Below are positions 10,762-19,787 of a DNA stretch of 64,000 nt, in pieces. Each line of letters starts with the position of its first letter. Position 1 is the first letter of the stretch. The notes beneath the pieces are model-generated. The model saw only the letters and a list, made by a program, of their open reading frames with translations, had not been told where the DNA came from and did no database searches. The DNA comes from Nitrospinota bacterium (GTDB lineage Bacteria; UBA8248), in contig JAZAHK010000046.1 of assembly GCA_036231405.1 (NCBI GenBank), positions 189,706-253,705 on the forward strand, read 5' to 3'. The position numbers and the translations under genes are program-made.

Positions 10762-11751
10762 ATGAAGCGTATTTTAACTTTTGTTTTTGCCGCAGCTTTT
10801 GCCGTTGCTATGCTAGGCCTCAGTGTTCCTGCTGAATCAGCTAAGCTACGTATCGGTGCACACAGGGCGATCATGGGATCATTCGAAGTTGTTGCCCATA
10901 AGGGTGGATTTTGGAAGAAGGAAGGTTTGGACTATACGTTTACATCCTTCAAACAAGGGAAACTCATGAGAAATGCCATTATTCAAGATAACCTGGATAC
11001 TGGTACAACTGGTTTCTCCCCATTTAGTACCGCTATTTCAAGGGGTGCTAAAGTAACTGCAATAGGTGTTACTGCAAGAATTTGTGGAACGAGTCATATT
11101 ATTGTTGCAAAAAATTCGAAATGGAAGAACTTAGGTCAGCTTAAGGGGAAAACCTTTGTAACTAAGAAGGGTACCAGTGTAGATTTTGCTTTAAAATCTT
11201 ACATTCTTCCTGCTTACGGTCTTAAAATTGGTGATTTCACATGGCTCAGCACTTATACTACTGAGCGTGTAGCCAATGTTGCTTCAGGAAAAGCTGAAGT
11301 GGGTATCGTTGGTGATCCTCAATATGAAATTGCTGCACAAAAAGGAATGATTAGAAGTATTGAAACATATTGTAAGTATGATAATACCAGAATGATGCAC
11401 GTTGGTAATCCTCAAACGATTAAGTCAAATCGTGGTCTTTATGTAAAATATTTCAAAGGATGGTTGAGAGCTCATATGCTTTTGAAAAGTAATCCAACAA
11501 AGTATGGTGACATTTATTTTGGCGCATTAAAAGAAATTGGTACCAAAACAAAAAGATCAGTTATTCAGAATGTTGTAAGAAGACTTCAGTCTGCTCCTTA
11601 TATCACTGGCGAAGTTAAAGCGTATCTAAATGATATGAATGCAAAACAAGTTAAATTGAAATGGATTAAGAAACGTACAAACTTCTTTACGAAGGATACT
11701 TTTGATGATTCTATGCTAGGTGACGCAGCAATTCAGGTAGGATATAGATAG
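10762..11751 (+). CDS. NitT/TauT/SsuA-family ABC substrate-binding protein
   Basis: Signal peptide, LKGKTFVTKKGTS motif and size; cognate-type permease and ATPase adjacent. Confidence 0.82.
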   Translation: MKRILTFVFAAAFAVAMLGLSVPAESAKLRIGAHRAIMGSFEVVAHKGGFWKKEGLDYTFTSFKQGKLMRNAIIQDNLDTGTTGFSPFSTAISRGAKVTAIGVTARICGTSHIIVAKNSKWKNLGQLKGKTFVTKKGTSVDFALKSYILPAYGLKIGDFTWLSTYTTERVANVASGKAEVGIVGDPQYEIAAQKGMIRSIETYCKYDNTRMMHVGNPQTIKSNRGLYVKYFKGWLRAHMLLKSNPTKYGDIYFGALKEIGTKTKRSVIQNVVRRLQSAPYITGEVKAYLNDMNAKQVKLKWIKKRTNFFTKDTFDDSMLGDAAIQVGYR

Positions 11752-11771
11752 TATTTTTAGATTTTAGAAAT

Positions 11772-11808
11772 AAAAAAAGCCCCGAAGCTTACCGCTTCGG
11801 GGCTTTTT
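11772..11808. terminator. Bidirectional rho-independent terminator
   Basis: A7-GCCCCGAAGC-TTACC-GCTTCGGGGC-T5 between convergent genes. Confidence 0.92.
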
Positions 11809-11815
11809 AGTTTTT

Positions 11816-12742
11816 TTATACTTTCTTGTCTTGACCGCCCATTTCTTCCATCATACCCCATTTGATAACAGTTCTTGATTCTAATGGTTGGAAAATGACT
11901 TTCTCCAGTAAGTATCCAAAAATACCCAGCACTGCAATCGCTACCATCATGAATGCAATATCTAAGTATTCTTGAGCATCAAAGATTCCAGCCGAAAGCC
12001 CCCATTTAACACCTCCAAATGCCTCAGCACCAACTCCTGCTCTCCATGCTCTGGCTAAACCAATACGCATTCCGCTAAGTATCATAGGAAGAGAACCTGG
12101 AAGTACAACTGTTTTAAAAATAGTCATTTTATCAGCATTCATGGATTGGGCAGCCCTAATCCAAACGGGGTTCACCGTCTTCACTCCCGTCCATACAGCC
12201 ATTGCTATTGGCAGGAAAGAAGCAAAGGCAGTAATCATAATGATTGTTTGATTCCCTAGTCCAAACCAGATAATAGCAATAGGAGTCCAAGCAAGTGCAG
12301 GAATAGGTAAGAGAACAGAAAGAAGAGGAACAAAGAATGATTCCCAGAAAGCAAAACGACCCATCAAAATTCCAACTATCACACCAACAATTGCAGCAAT
12401 GAAGAAAGCTAATGGTAGTCTCCATGCAGTGTGAAAAACATGCCAGATAATCGGGCCTTGTGTTAGATAGTGAAGAGTATCAGAAATCCCAGTAACTTTA
12501 TTTTCTTTTAATGCGTCAGTGAGTGGGTCAGTTAGTAGTTCATAAGCTCTTATTACAATTTTATCTACGGTAGGGAAAAGTTGACCTAAATTTCCACCAA
12601 CATACATAGCACTCAATTGCCAAATAGCAAGTATCACTATAAATGGGTATAAGGGCCGTATTTTTACAAAAAAACTTCTTTTAGGTGGTGGTTTAATCGA
12701 ATCTTCAATAATCGAAGTACTTGTTTTTGAATCTACCATCAA
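11816..12742 (-). CDS. NitT/TauT-family ABC permease
   Basis: PIPALAWTPIAIIWFGLG and EAA-like loop RAAQSMNA...VVLPGSLPMILSGMRIG. Confidence 0.9.
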   Translation of the reverse strand: MMVDSKTSTSIIEDSIKPPPKRSFFVKIRPLYPFIVILAIWQLSAMYVGGNLGQLFPTVDKIVIRAYELLTDPLTDALKENKVTGISDTLHYLTQGPIIWHVFHTAWRLPLAFFIAAIVGVIVGILMGRFAFWESFFVPLLSVLLPIPALAWTPIAIIWFGLGNQTIIMITAFASFLPIAMAVWTGVKTVNPVWIRAAQSMNADKMTIFKTVVLPGSLPMILSGMRIGLARAWRAGVGAEAFGGVKWGLSAGIFDAQEYLDIAFMMVAIAVLGIFGYLLEKVIFQPLESRTVIKWGMMEEMGGQDKKV

Positions 12743-12776
12743 TCCATCCTTTCCTAGGAATCAAATTTACAGAGTT

Positions 12777-13523
12777 TTATTTGTCTCGAATCAAATTATT
12801 GACGTGTCGTTGTAGTGCGATAAAATCAGCAGAGAGGTCATCTCTCGGTCTTGAAAAATCTACACTTACTACTTCCCTGATTCTTCCAGGGTTAGGTAGA
12901 AAGACAACTATCCTTCCCCCTAAATAGACTGCTTCACTTAAATTATGTGTTACAAAAACTATTGTCTTTTTTGTTTTTTCCCAAACTTCAACAGTTAATT
13001 CTTGAAGTTCCTCTCTTGTTTGTGCATCTAAGGCACCATATGGTTCATCCATCAACAAGATCTGTGGGTCGTACGCTAAAGCACGGGCAACTGCAACCCT
13101 TTGTCTCATACCGCCAGACAAACTGTGAGGGTACAAATCTGCGAAGGTTTCTAAGCCAACGAGTTTTAGAAATTCCATAGATATTTCTCCTCGTTCTTTG
13201 GCGTCCACTTTTCTGATTTGAAGTCCGTATTCTACATTTTGACGGGCAGTTCTCCATGGGAAAAGAGCATATTCCTGAAAAACAACTCCTTTATCATATC
13301 CAAAATCTAAAGGTTTTCCGTCCATTAAGACCTCACCAGCAGTGATTTCTACAAAACCTGCAAGGATATTCAAGAGGGTAGTTTTTCCGCATCCAGAAAG
13401 ACCTACAAGACAGATAAATTCACCATCCTGTATTTCTAGATTTACATCTTCTAAAGCGTGTACCTTTCTTTCCGGTGTGTCGTATACTTTTCTGAGATTT
13501 TTGATTTCAATTTTTGGAGTCAA
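12777..13523 (-). CDS. NitT/TauT-family ABC ATP-binding protein
   Basis: GLSGCGKTT, VFQEYALFPW, LSGGMRQR and LLMDEPYGALD motifs. Confidence 0.93.
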   Translation of the reverse strand: MTPKIEIKNLRKVYDTPERKVHALEDVNLEIQDGEFICLVGLSGCGKTTLLNILAGFVEITAGEVLMDGKPLDFGYDKGVVFQEYALFPWRTARQNVEYGLQIRKVDAKERGEISMEFLKLVGLETFADLYPHSLSGGMRQRVAVARALAYDPQILLMDEPYGALDAQTREELQELTVEVWEKTKKTIVFVTHNLSEAVYLGGRIVVFLPNPGRIREVVSVDFSRPRDDLSADFIALQRHVNNLIRDK

Positions 13524-13683
13524 CTTGCTTTTTCGCCCCCTAATGAATTTATTATTAAAAATATTAAAATATGAAAGCCAGATCCTAACAAAGTTTTTCC
13601 ATAAAATGAAATTGAGTTCGTGTATAATGTTTTTCCAAGTTTTACATTATAGATTTCCATGAAAAAATATTTAAAGGAAAAAA

Positions 13684-14583
13684 ATGAGATCGGTGAAGAC
13701 GTTTGTTTTTTTATTGTTAATAAGTTCCCTCTCTTACTCGTTAGTTTCTGCGGAACCAAAAGTAAAAAAATCTTTATCTGATGGATCATTTCTAGTTTTC
13801 ATTCCAAGTGGTTCCTTTGTCATAGGAAGTAACAATGGGGATGGAGATGAAAGACCAAAGCGTCAAATTTATGTCAATTCTTTTTGGATTGATCAACACG
13901 AGTTAAGTGTAGGTAAATTTGCTCGTTTCGTAATACAAACCAGACATCAGACTACCGCCGAAAGAAAAGGTTGGTCTTGGGTCTGGGATTCCAGCTTAAA
14001 AAAAGGGAAGGGATGGTGGAGGAAGGAAAAAGGTGTGAATTGGAAGAAACCTCAAGGTATTTCTTCAGACTGGAAGAAAATGCCTGATCAACCAGTTTCC
14101 CATGTGACCTGGTTCGACGCTGATTCTTATTGTAAATGGGCAGGTAGAGAATTACCAACAGAAGCTCAGTGGGAGAGAGCAGCGCGAGGCGATGAAGAAA
14201 GAATGTTTCCTTGGGGAAATGAACGCAATGCGAAAAATGCGAATTTAAAGGGAACGAAAGATGGTTTTGATGGAGTTTCACCAGTGGGAAGCTTTCCCCA
14301 AGGGGCAAGTGTTTTTGGTGTTTTAGATATGTCGGGGAATGTATGGGAGTGGGTCTCAGATTGGTATGCAAGCACCCATTATCAAAAAATGAAACTTAAG
14401 AATCCATCAGGACCACTAAAGGGAAAGAAAAAAGTAATTCGTGGTGCTTCTTGGGGGAGCAAGCTGCTCTGGTCACGTGTTTCAAATAGATATTCTCGAA
14501 ACCGAAATTACAGGAATAACAAAATAGGATTTCGTTGTGTGCTGAATAAAGTGAATTGGAGTGATTCTAAGAGTATTTTTTAG
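13684..14583 (+). CDS. Exported FGE-sulfatase (SUMF1/PvdO-like) domain protein
   Basis: Signal peptide; LPTEAQWERAARG, DMSGNVWEW, IRGASW and IGFRC motifs. Confidence 0.88.
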   Translation: MRSVKTFVFLLLISSLSYSLVSAEPKVKKSLSDGSFLVFIPSGSFVIGSNNGDGDERPKRQIYVNSFWIDQHELSVGKFARFVIQTRHQTTAERKGWSWVWDSSLKKGKGWWRKEKGVNWKKPQGISSDWKKMPDQPVSHVTWFDADSYCKWAGRELPTEAQWERAARGDEERMFPWGNERNAKNANLKGTKDGFDGVSPVGSFPQGASVFGVLDMSGNVWEWVSDWYASTHYQKMKLKNPSGPLKGKKKVIRGASWGSKLLWSRVSNRYSRNRNYRNNKIGFRCVLNKVNWSDSKSIF

Positions 14584-14656
14584 GTTGAATTTTATTGTTT
14601 AATTCTTAATTAAAATTACACGTTACTAAATTTTTTCCATAGTTTGCTTCAGTTTT

Positions 14657-15640
14657 TTAGTTGCTCCAATTCGGAACAACTAAAACTCCATGAGGTCCAT
14701 TCCCTACTTTAATTCTTTTAAAGTTTTTGTGTTTAATTGCGTCCATTACGAAAACTTCTCTCGAGTCGCGATTAGTAATATATGCAAGTTCTCCGTCTGG
14801 AGTGAATGCAATTAAATCTGGCCTTATTCCCTGTTTCTCAGAAGCAACAAGGTTAAGATTTTTAGTTGAAAAAACCTCAACAGTATTCAAATGCGGAAGA
14901 GTAATGTACAGATATTTATTATTTGGGGTAAGAAGCAAATCATGTGGTTCATCTTTAAGTGGTACGGTTTTTGTTATTGTGTTTAACGTAGTGTCAACGA
15001 TACTGAAAGAATTTCGTTCTCCATTTGCAATATATAGACTTTTTCCATCTTGGGTCACGTCAATACCCTCTGTATAATATCCAGATTCGATTTGTTTGAT
15101 TATAGTGTAAGTTTGTAGGTCAACAATCGAGACGTCTTCACTAAGTTCGTTCGCAACGTAAGCATATTTCCCGTTCTTCGATATCTTTATGTTTACAGGA
15201 TTATTACCACCATGTTTGAAAACTGTGTGGATTTTGCGTGTTTTAAGGTCAAAAACACTTAGATTGTCAGAATAAGTATTTACAAAATAGGCGTACTTCC
15301 CATTTTTCCCAAAAGCCAGATTGTAAGGGTCTTTTCCTACTCGTGGACTCTTTTTAAATGAAAAGTCTTTCAGATCCAATATCCTAGCAAAAGGACTACC
15401 ATCGTTTATGATGAATGCTTTTTGTTTGTCAATTGAAAGTGATATTCTATTTGCTTTCTTCCCTGCTTTTATAGTTTGGATAACTTCATTTTTTTTCCTA
15501 GAGATAATGCTGATTGTTCCATCCCTTGTATTTGTAATAAGAATAAGTTCATTTTCTGCAGATACTATAACGGGCAAGAAAAACGTGGAAAATATAAACA
15601 ACAGGAGAACTATGTAATATTTTTTCGTCTTTATATACAT
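14657..15640 (-). CDS. Exported YVTN/YncE-type beta-propeller protein
   Basis: Signal peptide and about 7 repeats such as GKYAYVANELSEDVSIVD; AGGAG precedes ATG 15640. Confidence 0.85.
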   Translation of the reverse strand: MYIKTKKYYIVLLLFIFSTFFLPVIVSAENELILITNTRDGTISIISRKKNEVIQTIKAGKKANRISLSIDKQKAFIINDGSPFARILDLKDFSFKKSPRVGKDPYNLAFGKNGKYAYFVNTYSDNLSVFDLKTRKIHTVFKHGGNNPVNIKISKNGKYAYVANELSEDVSIVDLQTYTIIKQIESGYYTEGIDVTQDGKSLYIANGERNSFSIVDTTLNTITKTVPLKDEPHDLLLTPNNKYLYITLPHLNTVEVFSTKNLNLVASEKQGIRPDLIAFTPDGELAYITNRDSREVFVMDAIKHKNFKRIKVGNGPHGVLVVPNWSN

Positions 15641-15653
15641 TGTGTTTGGTCTC

Positions 15654-16073
15654 CTATGGTTTAACTTTTCCTTCTTGTTCAAGCCTCTTTTGTTTCAGCT
15701 TTGGATCGAATTTACAGTTACAAAGATGTCTAATAAAAAGCACGAGATTGTTAATGTCTTCTTTAGATAAAGTATTCCCCCAAGAGGGCATTATGGGCGA
15801 CAGGTCATTCGATGGTCCTCCTTTGGTGATTGTTCTAACCATATCTTCGTTAGAAAATTGAGACATATCAGAACCATCCGTAAGATCTCTAGGACTTACG
15901 GGCAGTCTCTTGTTGTTGTTTATACCTTTCCCGTTTCCCAAAGGTCCGTGACACTGAGAGCAATGCCAATTAAAAATCTCTCTCGTTTCTTTAAATCTGT
16001 CTTTGGCTAATCCTGCACTTACAAAAGTGAAGGTAAACAACAAAATTAAAATAAGAGAAATTTGAAATTTCAT
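15654..16073 (-). CDS. Monoheme c-type cytochrome
   Basis: Signal peptide, CSQCH and distal MPSW; start ATG 16073. Confidence 0.85.
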   Translation of the reverse strand: MKFQISLILILLFTFTFVSAGLAKDRFKETREIFNWHCSQCHGPLGNGKGINNNKRLPVSPRDLTDGSDMSQFSNEDMVRTITKGGPSNDLSPIMPSWGNTLSKEDINNLVLFIRHLCNCKFDPKLKQKRLEQEGKVKP

Positions 16074-16080
16074 TTTTTGC

Positions 16081-16833
16081 TCATTTGAATGACATGATAT
16101 ATGTAGACAATGCAACCATATCAGTTTCACTTAATACGTGAAAAGCTTTGTCTCCGAAAACGGGCATTCTTCCATTTGGGTTGTACCTTTTAGGATTCTT
16201 TAAAAAATAGTAGATGAAATCTGGATTAAGCCTTTCCCCAGCATTTACAAAAGATGGAGCGCTTTCTCCCCCAACTTTGATAGGTGTTCTATAGACAGTT
16301 TTTCTTATGTAGACTTTATGACACGAATAACAAGGTGTTTTTTTTTGAAACAGAATCCTCGCTCTACGCAGTATTCTTCTAGGGATTTTCCCCCATTTTG
16401 GGACCGTCCCATTTTTAATTTTTGGGTCTTTAAAATCTACTAGAATAGAAGAAATAGCTTTTGCTTTTTGGGCAGAAAGAGAAGGATGTTTGAAAATGCC
16501 CTTAATCATTGTTCCCCAAATAACACCTCTCACAGGAGTTGGTTTTTGTAACCAAGTTTCTAGGTATTTTTTTTGATATTTATTTCCAGCTATCCATAAA
16601 TTAGGTCCTTTTATTTTCTTTCTTTCACGTAAGGGGACTTTTTTTGAGGGGCCTTGAAATGTGTGACAATTAGTGCATCCGAGAGAAAGAAGTTGATTTT
16701 CATGATGTTTCATTTCAATTATTTCATTGTTTCTTTGTTTGATAGTTTCACCTTCAGAATTCGTTCTTGTTTCAGAAACTAAAACAAGACATATAATAAT
16801 TATTAAGGAAAAAAAAGTTGTTTTAATCTTCAT
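16081..16833 (-). CDS. Diheme c-type cytochrome
   Basis: Signal/anchor sequence; CTNCH, CYSCH and C-terminal NP...RMP. Confidence 0.8.
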   Translation of the reverse strand: MKIKTTFFSLIIIICLVLVSETRTNSEGETIKQRNNEIIEMKHHENQLLSLGCTNCHTFQGPSKKVPLRERKKIKGPNLWIAGNKYQKKYLETWLQKPTPVRGVIWGTMIKGIFKHPSLSAQKAKAISSILVDFKDPKIKNGTVPKWGKIPRRILRRARILFQKKTPCYSCHKVYIRKTVYRTPIKVGGESAPSFVNAGERLNPDFIYYFLKNPKRYNPNGRMPVFGDKAFHVLSETDMVALSTYIMSFK

Positions 16834-17858
16834 TTTATTTTAAGAATTTTTCCGTCAAGAGTTCTTAGAAATATCTCTAAATTCAATTTTTCTTTTTCTG
16901 TTAGGTTTATTTTCCCTATATCTGGGTCTAAATTTGGGTTTTTAATTCCACCTTGAACATAGAAGTCAATTACCTCTCGTAAAGTTTTGAAACGCCCGTC
17001 ATGCATGTATGGAGCAGTCTGAGAAATGTTTCGAAGAGTTGGGGTTTTAAATTTTCCCATATCGAATTTTTTCCCCGTTACTGCCTGTCTCCCAATTTCG
17101 CGTTTCCCTTTATCTAAACCAATCCCTAAGTTATGAAATTGATTGTCGGTGAACGGCGCACTGAATTCATCAACTAGGTGACATTTAACACATTTCCCCT
17201 TTTTTTTAAAAATTACAAATCCTGTCTTTGCTTCTTTAGAAATTGCGGTTTTTTTGCCGGCATATTTCCAATAATCAAATGGGGAACTTCCTGATAAAAT
17301 AGTTCTTTCATAACTTGCTATTGCACTGACGATCAATTCTAAAGTTATAGGGATTTTCCCAAAAGCGATTTCGAATTTATTTTTATATTTGAGAGTTTTC
17401 TTAAGAAATTTGAGAACCTCTATTAAATTGGCTCCCATTTCTGTTTTTTTTAAAAGAGGGGATTTTGCTTGTTCTTCTAAACTTCGTACTCTTCCGTTCC
17501 AAAATTGAAAATCATTGTATGCAGCGTTAATGATGGTAGGAACATTTTTATTTCCCAATTTTCCTCCTATCCCTATCCCATATTGCCTGTTGTTACTGAA
17601 TCCGTACTTTGGATTATGGCAACTAGCACACGAAACGGTACTGTCTAGGGATAATCGTTTTTCAAAAAAAAGCATTTTCCCTAACTCATATTTATCTCTA
17701 GTTATAATGTTTTTCTCTGGAATGGGGACATCGTCCAATCCGAGTGGAGTTTCTGGAATAATTTCATTGCCCTCGGAAAAGACAATTTCTTTTAAAAAAC
17801 AGAAAGATAATAGAATAAATAGGAGAAAAAAATATTTATTTTCTCTGAAGCAGTTCAA
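16830..17858 (-). CDS. Di-heme cytochrome c peroxidase superfamily protein, MauG-like
   Basis: LGKMLFFEKRLS, CASCH, QFWNGR, CVKCH and FKTPTLRNI..TAPYMHDG motifs. Confidence 0.9.
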   Translation of the reverse strand: MNCFRENKYFFLLFILLSFCFLKEIVFSEGNEIIPETPLGLDDVPIPEKNIITRDKYELGKMLFFEKRLSLDSTVSCASCHNPKYGFSNNRQYGIGIGGKLGNKNVPTIINAAYNDFQFWNGRVRSLEEQAKSPLLKKTEMGANLIEVLKFLKKTLKYKNKFEIAFGKIPITLELIVSAIASYERTILSGSSPFDYWKYAGKKTAISKEAKTGFVIFKKKGKCVKCHLVDEFSAPFTDNQFHNLGIGLDKGKREIGRQAVTGKKFDMGKFKTPTLRNISQTAPYMHDGRFKTLREVIDFYVQGGIKNPNLDPDIGKINLTEKEKLNLEIFLRTLDGKILKIK

Positions 17859-18222
17859 TACTCACTCCGTCTGGTGCCTCTATGAAAGCAATCAAGGTTG
17901 ATGGGTTAAACTGAGTTGGCTCAAGTGTAAATTTTACCCCTTTGGATTGTAAATCTTTACAATATTCATCAAAATTTGATTTTACTTGGAATGCGAAATG
18001 ATCAGTCCCCCATTCGACTCCAACTTTATCTGTAGCAGTTTCACCATTTCTTTTCCCTCTAATAATTACTTTCGCTCCTTCAAAAGTAATATATATCTGG
18101 GGGGCTCCCTGTATATGAACTGTTTCTCCTCTTTTACCACCTAGCACTTCAACGAACCATTTCGCAGATTCTTGTGGATTCTGACTAATGATGTGGACAT
18201 GATCAAAAAAAATATCATTCAT
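17836..18222 (-). CDS. VOC/glyoxalase family protein
   Basis: FDHVHI, DHFAFQV and AFIEAPDGVSIELLQ motifs. Confidence 0.87.
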   Translation of the reverse strand: MNDIFFDHVHIISQNPQESAKWFVEVLGGKRGETVHIQGAPQIYITFEGAKVIIRGKRNGETATDKVGVEWGTDHFAFQVKSNFDEYCKDLQSKGVKFTLEPTQFNPSTLIAFIEAPDGVSIELLQRK

Positions 18223-18246
18223 AATAATCCCTTATTTTTAAAATTA

Positions 18247-18897
18247 TTATTCCCAAGTAATATCTCCAAAGTCTCCTGGTTTGGGATTGCCATTTGACTC
18301 GTATTTAGATAGTAATATTCTGCTTTCTCTAACTGTTGTATTTTCACCATGACCAGGATATAAAATTGTTTCCTCAGGTAGAGTTAAGACTTTTTGCTTA
18401 ATCGATTCTATAAGTTGAAGCAATTGTTCGTGGGACCAAGTCTTTCCAGGTCCTCCCGGGAAAATCGTATCACCACAGATACAATGGCCTGTAAAGTAAA
18501 ACATAGTCATTCCTTTGGAGTGACCTGGTGTGTGTATGCATTTTACTGATGTCTCTCCAAAATTAACAAATTCTCCATCTTTCAATTCAAAATCTGAACT
18601 AATTCCAAATTCTTCTCCATCTTCATTGTGTAGTCCAAGAGGAACTTTTGTTAGTTCCCTAACTTCATCTAATGCATCAATATGATCTCCATGACAATGG
18701 GTCTGAAGAATGTATTGTACTTCAGTTCCTTTACATGCAGACAGTATTTTTTCACAAGAGTGCGAGGTATCTATAATGATCGATTGTTTGCTTCTTTTGC
18801 ACGTTAGGACATAGACATTATTACTATATGGTCCCATATTCAATTTTTGAAAATTGATAGTTCCTGTATCGAAGTTTTGATTTAGATTGTTCAACAC
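18247..18897 (-). CDS. MBL-fold metallo-hydrolase (glyoxalase II-like)
   Basis: THCHGDH, HTPGHS, GDTIF and YPGHG motifs. Confidence 0.9.
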   Translation of the reverse strand: MLNNLNQNFDTGTINFQKLNMGPYSNNVYVLTCKRSKQSIIIDTSHSCEKILSACKGTEVQYILQTHCHGDHIDALDEVRELTKVPLGLHNEDGEEFGISSDFELKDGEFVNFGETSVKCIHTPGHSKGMTMFYFTGHCICGDTIFPGGPGKTWSHEQLLQLIESIKQKVLTLPEETILYPGHGENTTVRESRILLSKYESNGNPKPGDFGDITWE

Positions 18898-19000
18898 TTT
18901 CCCCTTCCTTCTGACATCGTTAAAATGGTAATCATATTAGAAGATTTTTGCATTTGAGATCAAATAGTAGTTTTCGATTGTTCCATAGGAGGTTTATAAA

Positions 19001-19687
19001 ATGAATTCATCTGGTTTGTCCGTTTCGGTTAATATGGCTATGACTCTAGACGGTAAAATTTCAAGCTTTGACGGAACAAACTTGAATTTCGGAAGTAAGG
19101 AAGATCGTAAAGAGATGGATCGTTTGAGATCAGAAACAGACATTATTATATGGGGTGCTGAAACTCTTAGAATTGCGGATTGCCCTGCGAAAGTTAGAGA
19201 TGAAGAATTTGTCAATTACCGTTTAGATCAAGGAAAAGCTATGCAACCAGCTAGTGGTGTCATAACTAAGACGGGCAATATCCCTAAAACATCCAAATGG
19301 TTTAATAATGAACTTAGACAATTTATTTTTACTGGAATTAGTGGTGAAAGAAAAGCTAGAGACTCTTCTGCAGGTCGTGCTGAAATTATAGTATTTCCGA
19401 CAGAAGAGGTTTCTCCATCTTCTGTTTTGGAGTATTTAAAGAAACAAGATTTTAAGAAAGTTTTGCTTGAAGGAGGGGGTTCGATTCATTGGAGTTTTAT
19501 TAAAGAAAATCTTATTGATTTCCTTCATATTACAGTTGTTCCACTGTTAGTTGGAGGTTCAAGTTCTCCTACGTTGCTGGATGGAGAAGGATTTTTATGT
19601 AGTAATTTCATTGATTTGGAACTTGAGAAGTTTCATAAAAAGGGTAACGAACTGTTTTTGAAGTACAATGTCTTGAAAAATATTTGA
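19001..19687 (+). CDS. RibD C-terminal-domain (dihydrofolate reductase-like) reductase
   Basis: AMTLDGKI, GAETLR and LLEGGG motifs; no deaminase domain. Confidence 0.85.
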   Translation: MNSSGLSVSVNMAMTLDGKISSFDGTNLNFGSKEDRKEMDRLRSETDIIIWGAETLRIADCPAKVRDEEFVNYRLDQGKAMQPASGVITKTGNIPKTSKWFNNELRQFIFTGISGERKARDSSAGRAEIIVFPTEEVSPSSVLEYLKKQDFKKVLLEGGGSIHWSFIKENLIDFLHITVVPLLVGGSSSPTLLDGEGFLCSNFIDLELEKFHKKGNELFLKYNVLKNI

Positions 19688-19787
19688 ATTTTAGAATCTT
19701 TTTCCTACGGTTTATTCATTTGAATCGTTTAATGTTCTTGTGGTAGTTATAGATTATCTTTCAATTTCGTATTTAGGAGGCGGGTAT

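Noticed and set aside
14657-16833. Cytochrome cd1 nitrite reductase (nirS) cluster
   Set aside because: The propeller has no CxxCH domain and no heme d1 biosynthesis genes are present.
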